Source: Ginglymostoma cirratum (taxonomy: Eukaryota). From it: DNA of 64,000 nt. The notes beneath the pieces are model-generated. The model saw nothing but the letters and a program-made list of their open reading frames with translations, was not told the DNA's origin and ran no database searches. The stretch is taken from the NCBI GenBank assembly GCA_024137785.1, contig JAHRHZ010000043.1, positions 3,389,275 through 3,453,274 of the forward strand. The letters are read 5' to 3'. Position numbers and translations under genes: made by a program. This document shows, in pieces, positions 39,472 through 51,400 of this stretch (position 1 is its first letter; each line of letters begins with the position of its first letter).

Positions 39472-42400
39472 CTGCAAACAGAAAGAATTAATTTACCAAA
39501 CGCCACAGTGTAGCTGCAAAATCACTTCATAACTCACTCGCAAAAGGATCTCTGGAGAGAGGTTATCCACCTGATACATTAACTGTATTTCCCAGTCTAC
39601 AAATGCTGACTGAAAAATTTCCAGTGTGTCTTTCAGATTTCCACCATTTTTCTGGATCCGAAATGCATTAGGAACAATTCAATACGTTATCTCCAGCTAC
39701 ATTAGCAGGCCACACTTTGGAAATATTTTGTTGGCTGTAAACCGTTTTGGGATGTCCTAAGGTTGTGATGGACACTACCAAATGCAAGTTCTCTTTTTCT
39801 GCTTTCTATCTTTTCTCTACATGGTCAGCTCTTGAGGGAACTTTCCAAATTTCTCACTCTGCTCTTTCGTCTCTCTCTGATCCCTATTGACATTGTGATC
39901 CAGTGTATTCAGACAATCCCTATAGTGTAGAAAGAGGCCATTTTGCCCATTGAGACCATACCAACCATCTGAAGAGCAGCCCACCCAGACCCAAACCCCC
40001 ACCCAAACTCTGCATTTCCCATGGCTGATCCACTCAACCAGCATATCCCTGGACACTATGGGGTAATTTCTCACGGCCAATCCACCCTAACCTGCACATG
40101 TTTGGACTGTGGGGGAAAACAAAAAACAGAGCACCTGGAGGAAACCGACACAGACAACATGCAAATTCCACACAGTCGCTAGAGGCTGGAATCAAACCCA
40201 GGTCTCTGGCGCTGAGTCAGCAGTGCTAACTTCTGAGCTACTGCGTCCTATAGTCTTTTACATAAATGGATTGTTTCCCCAAATGTTTAAAACTGTAAAT
40301 GATCCCGCATCCACCGCCCCTGACCACAGTCCACAGACTCAACAATAAACAACATACATGCAAAGGCGACTTGGCCCTTCGAGCCTACTCCCCCATTTAA
40401 TAAGATCATGGCTGATCTGATTTTAACATCAAATCTACATTCCTGCACATTCCTGATAATCAAGGGGTTGTAAAATCCTGCTTTCACATCTGTTGATCTT
40501 AAACGATTTGTTAACCTGAACTTATCTCCTACTCTGTGACCCAGCTGACTTTATTACACACGAGATCTCATCCACCATTCGATTCTTATTGGCTGTCTTG
40601 AAAGAAGCAATTAGAATAAAAAAGTGTACGAAAGACAAGTCTTCAGCCTCGTTTCACCCAGTCTCATTGATCAGCCATGATCATATCGATTTAGATTTTT
40701 ATTATCACTCAAGTACAGAAGTAGAGTGAAAAGTGTTGCCACACACTGTGACATCTTTGGTACAACTACCTAGGTAAAAAAAAACTCAGGTACAAAGTAG
40801 TAAAAGGTGGTAAACAAAAAAGGTTAAATGGGATCTGTTCAGTTATCGGACCCTCCTGGTGCCTCAAATGCATGTAAATGTAGTCTGGCTCAAGTAAGAG
40901 ATGCCTTTGGTTTGTTTGGATAGAGTCAAACACCATGGTTTGTGTAAAAGCCAAAAGAACTGCAGATGCTGTAAATCAGGAACAAAAACAGAAATTGCTG
41001 GAAAAGCTCAGCAGGTCTGGCAGCATCTGTGGAGGAGAAAACAGAGTTAACGTTTCAGGTCCGGTGACTGTTCCTTGAGGACGAAACGTTAACTCTGTTT
41101 TTCTCCTCCACAGATGCTGCCGGACCTGCTGAGCTTTTCCAGCAACTTCTGTTTTGGTTCTATTGCTTGTTTGTTTCCTTGACAATGCTGCCGTGCAGAA
41201 CGGAACGGCGTTTGTGACTATATATGAAAAGTACATTTTTGAAATAAAAAACAAAATTAATAAAATTAAGGTGAAGTAGAAAACTAAAGAAATAAGGGCT
41301 GAATGGTCTACCCCTGTTCCTGTTTTCCCTGTTTCTATGTCTCAGTGGAATAACATTTGAAAGGAAACTGTATAAACATCTGAAAAGATAAATATTTTCA
41401 GGGTTCTGTGGAAAAGCAGAGGTAGTCAGACTAATGGAGTAGCTCTTTTGAAGTAGCCAGAACAGGCAAGATGGGCCAAACAGCCTCATCGTATGCCAAT
41501 TTGCCTCTGTCCAGGCTCTTTCTCAGGACGGTGAGTACTGAGTACTAGCTGTGTACTGTCCTCTCTCTGGGCCCTGCGATGACAAATCCTCTCTCTCTAA
41601 CCTCAGAGTGAACATACTCACATTGGACATTGAGCTGAGCCTCCAGCCTCACTGCTCCCAGTGGATTCTCCACAACGCACTCATAAAGCCCGTGATCGTC
41701 AGGGCTCAGGGAATCGATTCTCAGCTCCGACTTTCCCCGGGAGTTGGAAATATTCCACCTCGGCTGCTCGCTCCCGGTATCTATCCTCCTCCACGTGATG
41801 TTGGCGTCAGGGTTAGCATCTCCCAGGCAGGTTAATGCCAGTGTCTCCCTCTCTCTGACATTGCCCCCTCCCTCGATGAAGACGTTCCGAGGACCATCTG
41901 GTAATCAGAGAACAGACATCAGCTCCTCTGAGGATTGCAGGCCCCATCTCCTCACCTCCCAGCAACTCCCTCCCACCCTCAGCCCTGTGCAATCACTGAC
42001 CCACACAGTCTGTCAGTACAACATCCTTCTGTTCCAAGCCTTCCATGACCTCTTCCCTCATAAAATCATCATAGTCATTGACAGAACCATTCAGGGAGGA
42101 ATTAGTTATCTGGGAAGGAGGATGGACAGGGTAATGGGGAGGTGGTGGGAGAATGGCGTTCACTTGGATATCCAGCATTGACACAATGGGCCAAATGGTG
42201 GCATTCTATACTATCCTGACCCTTTTGCTCCAATCTAATCCCACTTTCCAGTCCGTGGCACTGATGAGTACATGGCTTTGAGTGCAAATACAGCTATGCA
42301 GGTGTGGTGGCTCAGTGTTAGCACTGCTGCCTCACAGTGCCAGAAACCTGGGTTCGATTCCACCCTTGGACGACTGCCTGTATGGAGTTTGTACGTTCTC

Positions 42401-45400
42401 CCCGTGTCTGCATGGGTTTCCTCCAGGTGCTCCGGTTTCCTCCCACAGTCCAAAGACATGCAGGCTAGGTGGATTGGCTATGGGAGTTACAGTACAGGGA
42501 TAGGCGAAGGGAGTGGGTCTGGGTGGGTGGGATGCTATTCAGCAGGTTGGTGTGACTCAATGGGCCGAATGGCCTGCTTCCACACTGTAGGGATTCTATG
42601 ATTTATTAAATACTGATGAGGGATTTTTACATTGAGCACCCTTTCAGGCAGTGAGTTCCTCAGATCTTCATAAAATCTTGGAGCAGAAGTAGGCCATTCA
42701 GCGAGATAATTTCTGATCCGATAGCCCTTAACTCCACTTTTCTGTCTTTTCCCCATATCCCTCGATTTCCTTTTTGATTAAAATCCATTTCTAACTTAGC
42801 CTTGAATATACTTAATGACCCAGCCTCGACAGCCCTCCTAGGTAAAGAATTCCACAGATTTATTACCTGTCAAGAGAAAAAACAGTCAACTCTATCCCTA
42901 ATTGAGCAACTCCTCGCATTTCACCACACCTACCAGGTAGATTATAATTTTGTATACCCCAGATAAATCTCCTGTTCCAAAGGAAACAACCCATCCTTTT
43001 TATAACTGATATACTTGAAGGAATTAACAGTATCGAGACGAAAAAGGTATTAGCTATTTGAGCAGCTTAGAGAATGGATACATGTCCAGGCCCAGATGAT
43101 ATATATATCCCAGGTTGCCATGGGAGGTGAGGGAGGAGATTGCAGGAGCCCTAACATCAATTTTTAATTTCTCTCTGGCCAAAGGTGGTGTACCGCAGGA
43201 CTGGTGAACAGCTAATGTCTGATCACTATTCAAAAGGGATAAACCAGGAAACTACAGGCCAGTGAGTTTGAGGGACAGAATTAACCTTCACTTGGAGAGA
43301 GGCAAGGCTTAGTCTAGGATAGTCTGCCTGGCTTTGTCTGAGGGAGAGTTCATGTCTAATGAATTCAATTGAGTTTTTTTGAGGAGGTGACGAGGTGTGT
43401 AAATGCGGGTAGGGCAGTGACGGAGTCTAGAGCCAGGCTTTTGATATGGTTTTGACACTGCAGGCTGCTTAAGAGGCCACGAGCCTATGGGACCCAGGGC
43501 CATTTGGTTTCAAAACTGGTTTAGCGGCAGTCAAAGGTTCTTTTTGTGACTAGGAACCTGTGCTCAGTGGCACATTGCAGATTTGGAACTGGGTCCTTGG
43601 TGTTTGTAGTGCAAATTCATAAATGTAAGGAGGTGCACAGATGACAGGAAAATTGATGGCATGGTAAACAGTGAAGAGGAAAATCTTATACTACAGGAGG
43701 ATATAGATGGGCTGATCAGAACAGTCGGAAATGGAATTTAATTTTGAAAAGTATGAGGTGATAGAATTTTGGGATGACTAACAAGGCAAGGGATTACACA
43801 ATGAGTGGTAGATCCCCAGGAAGTACAAAGGATCAGGAGAACTTTGCACAGTCACAGATCTTTGAAAGTAGTGGGACACGTAGGTATGGCAGCAGGAGCA
43901 TATGGGGTACTTACCTTTATTTTTATCGAGATGTTGAATAAAAGAGCAGGGATGGTACACCAGAGCTGTTTGAAATGATAGTTATGTCACAGCTGGAGTA
44001 CTGCGTGCGGTTCTGGTCCCCACACTATGGGAAACAGTGTGATAGCACAGGAGGGGGCTGCAGAGGAGATTCACCAGGATGTTGTCTGGGATGGAGTGTT
44101 TCAGCAATGATAAGAGGTTGGATAAGCTGGGGGTGTTTTCTAGAGCAGAGAACACTGAGGAGTGGGACCTGTACAAAGCGAGGAGGGGATTGGTAGGATA
44201 CATCCGAAGAAACCTTTCCCCATTGTAGAGCTGTCAATAACCAGGGGCATGGATTTAAGGAGTGGGATGGGGGGGGGGGGGTGCGGTGTGTTGGTCAGAG
44301 GGGATTTGAGGAGAAGCTTGAAAGGTTGGTAGAGTCAGGAACCATCAATACACTGAAGTATTTAGATGGACATTTCAAACACCATAGAATGCACCTCTTC
44401 TATTTGTGTGTTGATCTTTCTCTGCACCTTCTATGTAGCTGCAACACTATATTCTGCGTTCTGTTCTATTACCCTGATGTACTTAAATGAGATATGGCTT
44501 GTCTGGATCGCACACAAAACAATATTCACTGTATCTCAATATGTGACAATAATGAATCAAATCAAATGAAATCAAGTCAGGCTGAAGAATGGGATTAGAA
44601 TGGATTGGTGCTGGATGACCAGCATAGCACAATGGCTGAATGGCCTACTCCTGTTCCTTATGCTCATTCCATAAGGCCGTTCAGTGTCTTCTTAAAGCCC
44701 GAGGGTATTACAGCATGGAGAAAGGCCATTCAGCCCCTTGGACCTGCTCCACTATTCCATATGATCGTGGCTGATCTGACATTCCTCACATCCACTTTCC
44801 TGCCCTTTCCCTGTAACCCTCGATTCCCCGATTGATTGAGAATGTAACTCAGTCTCAGATATACACAAGGACTCTGTCCCAACAGCTCTGTGGCAAGGAG
44901 TTCCAAAGACTCTCAATCCTCCAAGAGAAGAAATTTGTCCTCATCTCAATCTTAAATTGGTGCCCCTTTATTCTGAGACTGTGCCCTCTGGTCCCAGACT
45001 CTCCCATGAGGGGAAACATCCTGTCAGCATTTTCTGTCTAGCCTCTGAAGAATCCCATATCTTTCAATGGGATCACCTCTCATTCTTCTAAACTCCAGTG
45101 AATAGAGTCCCAACCCGTTCAGCCTTTGCTCAGAAGGAAGGCAGTCCCTCCTCATAAGATAATGAAATAATACGCAGATCCACACCACATTCATTCCACA
45201 GGTGCAGCACGGTAGTTCAGCGGTTAGCGTTGCTGCCTCACAGCACCAGGGACCTTGGTTCGATTCCAGCCTCAGGCAACTGTCTGTGTTGAGTTAATAT
45301 GTTCTCCCTGTGTCTGTGCACCATTCTTCTGGGTGCTGTGGTTTCCTCCCACAGTGCAAAGATGTGAAGCTTGGGTGGAGAGATAGTAGGAACTGCCGAT

Positions 45401-48400
45401 ACCGGAGAATCTGAGATAAAAGGTGTAGAGCTGGATGAACACAGCAGGCCAAGCAGCATCAGAGGAGCAGGAAGGCTGACGTTTCAGGCATAGACCCTTC
45501 TTCAGAAAAGGTCTATGTGTTCATCCAGCTCTACACCTCATTAGCTCAGCTTGGGTGGATTGGCCGTGAGAAATGCAGGGTTACAGGAATGGGGTGGGTC
45601 TGGGCAGACTGCTCTTCAGAGGGTCAGTGTGGACCTGATGGGCTGTATAGCCTTCTTCCACACTGTAAGGATTTCTGTGAAATGCACACCACATCTTCAT
45701 TCATTCTAGATCCACTTCTCACTCAGTTTAGATCGATTCCACAGCGTGATGCTGCTGTCTCAGTCTCCCTAAGGTTCAGCTCGTTCAGCCATTAGCATCT
45801 GCTGAAGAACAGCCCCACCTGGTGTTAGAAACAGGAATTTTTCATGATCCTGGGTTAAGACTGAGTCAGTAACAAGGAACTGTTCCAGGGCCGTGAGGGC
45901 TGGTATCGATAGGGACACAGTTTCAGGAGGGTCAGTAGGGGAATTCGAACAGGAGATGGGGAGACTATTTTTATGCAGCGAATTGGCATGGTCTGGAACA
46001 CACTGCCTGAAGAGAGTCTGGAAGCAGTTTCAATTGTAGTTTTCAAAAGGAATTGAATAAATAATCAAACATTTAAATATACAGGATTTTGAGGAACGAG
46101 CTGAAAGTGTGACACTAACTTGACATCTCTTTCAAAGAGCCAGAACAAACACTATGGGCTAAATGGCCTCCTTCTATAAAAGTCACAAGAAATTGGAACA
46201 GAAGGCCATTCAGCCTCTCGAGCCTGCTCTGCCATTGAGTAGGATCCTGGCTGAGCTGACATTCCTCAAGTCCACTTTCCTGCCCTTTCCTCATAGCCAT
46301 CAATTTCTGACTGATCAGAAATCTATCGATCTCAGCCTCAAATATACACAACGACTCTGTCCCCACAGCTCTCTGTGGCAAGGGATTTCCAAAGACTCAA
46401 CTCTCTGGCAGAAGAACTTCCTCCTCATCTCTGCCATAAATTGATGCCCTTTTATTCTGAGACTATGCTTTTGGATCTCAGACTCAGAGGAGAAACATCC
46501 TCTCGACATTGACCCAGTCAAGCCCCTTAAGAATCCGATGTGTTTTAATGAGATCACCTCTCATTCTTCTCAACTCCTGACAGTCCCAACCTGTTTAGCC
46601 TTTGCTCATAGGAATCCCTCCATACCAGGGACGATCCTAGTGAACACGCTCCAAACTGCCTCCAATGAAATAAAACCTATCCTTGTATAAAGGGCCAAAC
46701 TGGTCACAGTACTCCAGGATTCTGTGCTGATTTGCCTCTGTCCAGTCTCTTTCTCAGGACGGTGAGAGCTCCCTAGCTGTGTACTGTCCTCTCTCTGGGC
46801 CCTGCGAGGATGAAGCCTCTCTCTCTAACCTCAGAGTGAACATACTCACATTGGACATTGAGCTGAGCCTCCAGCCTCACTACTCCCAGTGGATTCTCCA
46901 CAACGCACTCATAAAGCCCGTGATCGTCAGGGCTCAGGGAATCGATTCTCAGCTCCGACTTTCCCCGGGAGTTGGAAACATTCCACCTCGGCTGCTCGCT
47001 CCAGGTCTCTCTCCTCCTCCACGTGACGTTGGCTGCGGGGTTAGCATCTCCCAGGCAGGTTAATGCCAGTGTCTCCCTCTCCCTGGCACTGCCCCCTCCA
47101 TCGATGGAGACGTTCCGAGGACCATCTGGTAATCAGAGAACAGACATCAGCTCCTCTGAAAACTGCAGGCCCTCAGCCGCCCGCCAACCCAAAACCCAAA
47201 CACAAATACCCCTCACCTACCCCCACAACCCTCCACTCATTTCTGTTCTTCATTCCCACATGATTGAATATATCAAAGGGAAAACTTGCATTTATATATC
47301 ACCTTTCAGTGTGTCAGATTTTGCAAAAGCACAAGGTTGAGAGGGTGCAGAAAAGATTTACACGGATGTTGCCAGGGTTGGAGGGTTTCAGCCATATGGA
47401 GAGGCTGACTAGGGGCTATTTTCCCTGGACTATTAGAAGCTGAGGTATGACCTTAATGAAGTTTATAAAATCATGATAGGCATGTCCGGAATTAAGGGTC
47501 TATTGATGGCCACGAATCTATTGTTGATTGTTGGAAAAACCCAACTGGTTCACTAATGTCCTTTAGGGAAGGAAACTGCCATCCTTACCTGGTCTGGCCT
47601 ACATGTGACTCCAGACCCACAGCAATGTGGTTGACTCCCAATCGCCCTCTGGTCAATTAGGGATGGGCAATAAATTCTGCCTGGCCAGCAACGCTCTCAT
47701 CCCATAAATGAATAAAGAATAAAGAACAATCAAGGTCTTTACCATGGGCTGGGGTGGCCAAAACTAGACAGCATAAGTTTAAGGTGAGAGGGGAAAGATT
47801 TAAAAGGGACCCGAGGGGAAATATTTTCACACAGAGGGTGGTGCGTGTATGGAATGAACTGCCAGAGGAAGTGGTGGAGGCTGGTACAATTACAACATTT
47901 AAAAGGCATTTGGATGGGTATGTGAAAAGAAAGGGTTTAGGAGGATACGGGCCAAATGTTGGCAAATGGGACTAGATTAATTTAGGATAAATAACTGGTG
48001 CAGATGGATCGAAGGGTGTGCTTCCATGCTGTGTAATTCTGTGGCTGCATGTGTCGTGACTGTTACAGAAAATTAGCTGTCAAATTATTTGAGACGGGCG
48101 AGTGGGAAAAGCTATTGGACTGCATGGGGCAGTTGATGGTGGGAGAGCTGGTGACGAAATCTGGAGGGCTGCGCATCTGGACCGGAGGGCGTAACCCCCA
48201 CTCCCCCTGCTCTCCAATGGTGGGGGTGTGGAGACCCAGGAGGGGGACACAAAGCACCCCCTCTCCTGAGACTGCACCATGCTGCACGGAGGCCAGGGGC
48301 GGGGGGGTGGTATCTCTCAACCCATCGTGGAGAATGGGAACGGTTGGGAGGATTAGACGGGAGGGGCATCTTCATTTTCATTTCGTGTTAAGGCCACGAC

Positions 48401-51400
48401 CTCCAAACAACAAGCAGCTGGTGCTGCATCTGCACTGGGATGGGGTGGCACCATTTCAGGCTTTTCCAGAGCATTGGCCTGGGCTAATGGGCAGCACCCT
48501 CTCTGTGTGGGGTCAACACGCAGCAGGAGAAATGCACAGCTGCCATGGGCCAGTAAGCAAGAGGAGAGGGGCCTCACTGACTGACTCTGGGGTACATGCA
48601 TTGTAACATTCAGAATAAATGTTTAACACGACGGGGGGGTGGGGAGATTTTGAAGCTAGTAAAGTCCACATTGAGACCATTGGGTTGTAGGCTTCCAAGG
48701 CGGCATATGAGGTGCTGTTCCTCCAGTTTGCAGGTGGTGTCATTGTGACACTGGAGGCGGCCCAGGATGGACATGTCACCCAGGGAGTTGAGGGGCGGGG
48801 GGGGGGGAAGTTAAAGTGGCTCATGACCGGAGGGTGGTTTGTCGCAAACAGAGTGTAGGTGTTCCACAAAGCTGTCTCCGAGCCTCCGCTTGGTCTCCCC
48901 GATGTAGGGGGGGGGGGGGGCTCCCCACCCCCNNNNNNNNNNNNNNNNNNNNNNNNNNNNNNNNNNNNNNNNNNNNNNNNNNNNNNNNNNNNNNNNNNNN
49001 NNNNNNNNNNNNNNNNNNNNNNNNNNNNNNNNGTCTCCGAGCCTCCGCTTGGTCTCCCCGATGTAGGGGGGGGGGGGCTCCCAACCACCTCCCCCCCAAC
49101 CAGCTACCCCCCCCGACCTCATCCCATGTCCAACCCTCCCTCGCTTCCCGCCTCCTTGACCTGACTTAACCTGTCCATCTTCTCTCCCAGCTATCCGCTC
49201 CTCCCATCTCACTGGCCAGTCCCCACCACTCCCTACCTGCACTCACCTATCACCATCCCACCGACCTGCCCCAGCTCCATCTCTCCTCTTTCTATTTATT
49301 TCTGAGCTCTCTTCCCCCTCCCCCATTTCTGAAGAAGGGCCCTGACCCAAAACATCAGCTTTCGTGCTCCTCTGATACTGCCTGGCCTGCTGTGTTCCTG
49401 CAGCTCCACACTGTGTTATCTCTTAGTACATGGGACACACTATACAGGAACTTTCATAATTACGCTGATCTGTTACAGCGCTGCTTTATTGCTGTTTAGT
49501 GTTTGGGGTCAGTTTGAAAAATAATACAGGAAGCCTCACTACAGGGATACGTTCACAACAATGTGGGTGACTCCAAATGAGCATTTGAGGTACATTCTGT
49601 AAAGAGACTCCGTGCTCAATCCCAGACTGTTGCTTTAGTTTCAAGGAAGACAATTTTGCCTCCAGAAAACACCTGGCCCTTTGCTTCAGCGATGGAGCTC
49701 TCAGTTATGTTGTGGCAGCTGCACTGATTTGGCCCCAGCTCTAACCTCAGAGTGAACATACTCACATTGGACATTGAGCTGAGCCTCCAGCCTCACTGCT
49801 CCCAGTGGATTCTCCACAACGCACTCATAAAGCCCGTGATCGTCAGGGCTCAGGGAATCGATTCTCAGCTCCGACTTTCCCCGGGAGTTGGAAACATTCC
49901 ACCTCGGCTGCTCGCTCCCGGTATCTCTCCTCCTCCACGTGATGTTGGCTTCGGGGTTAGCATCTCCCAGGCAGGTTAATGCCAGTGTCTCCCTCTCCCT
50001 CACGTTGCCCCCTCCCTCGATGGAGACATTCCGAGGACCATCTGGTAATCAGAGAACAGACATCAGCTCCTCTGAGGATTGCAGGCCCCATCTCCTCATC
50101 TCCCAGCAACTCCCTCCTGCCCTCAACCCTGACCCACACTGTCTCTTCATCATAAGAGTCTCTACAGTGCAGATAAAGGCCATTCGCACCGACAGATCCC
50201 ACCCCATCCCTGTAAATCCACATTTACTGTAGTTAACCCATTTAACCTGCACACCTATGGGGCAATTTAGCATGGCCAGTCCACCCTAACCTGCACATCT
50301 TTGGACTGTGGGAGGAAACCAGAGGAAACCCACGCAGACACACGGGAGAATGTGCAAACTCCACACAGACAGTCGCCAGAGGGTGGAATTGAACCCGTGT
50401 CCCTGGCGCTGTGAGGCAGCAGTGCTAACCACTGAGCCATCGTGCCCACTGTCTCCGCTTCTCCCCTAACAACCACCCATAAACATGAATCTTCAGTCAC
50501 TGTAAGGTCTAGGAGCTGCCAACCCTCCAGAAATTAAAGAATAATCTTTAAAAGACTGTAAGAGATAGTGTTTATTAATGGAAGTTAGAATTTGTATAGC
50601 ACCTTTCATCACAATGTGAGATTCCAAACCACTTCACAATCATTTAAGTATTTTCGACATGCAGTCACTGCTTCGATGTAGGAAATTACTTTTAAAACTA
50701 TCTCGGGTAGAGTAGTGGGAAGGGCAGTCTGACTGGGTGAGGTAGTAGGTTTTGGGAGATCTGACTATGAAACCTCCAGGGATATTTCAAGTGGAATTGG
50801 TAACTCCAGGGAAGTGCTTGGGAGCAGTCAGTAAATGGGCCTCTTGGTGTTTGTTTCTGCTCTGTGAGCTGCAAAAGGGAACCTCTTGTCCCGGGAATCT
50901 GTGACCGAAATAACTCCAATTCCAGTTCCCCCAGTGTTCTCTCCTCTTCGGGAAAAACCCTGGTCCCCATTGAAAGGCAATAACTGATAGCATATTTGCA
51001 ACATGGCACCTTTTTGAAGAGTGCTAATGGGATCATCATTGAGTGGTGGGGTGGGGGTTGGGGGTTTGCGGGTTCTCATTTCACACTGGAGACTGTTGCT
51101 GCACACAGTAATTGGAGGGAGGGGCTGGGTAGGTTTGCAATACAGTGTGACAGCAACAGCGCGGGTTCAAATTCTCACACTGGCTGAAGTTACTACGAAG
51201 GTTCCTACGTCTCCCCTTGCTTGAGATGAGGTAACCAACACTTAGGTTAAACGACCCACCAGTTGTCTGTCTCTCTCTAATGACAGACTAACACCATGGC
51301 AACTTAGAATTGGTTCACAACAGAAATTTACAAAACTAATTGGAGGAAATAATCGAAGGAGGTCACCTTCCCGGGGTTGTTAGGAAAGAACAGGGCAGTG

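Noticed and set aside
41551-41835. Repeated + strand ORFs (MYCPLSGPC...; also 46779-47063 and 49752-49979)
   Set aside because: They are antisense shadows of the triplicated Ig exons.
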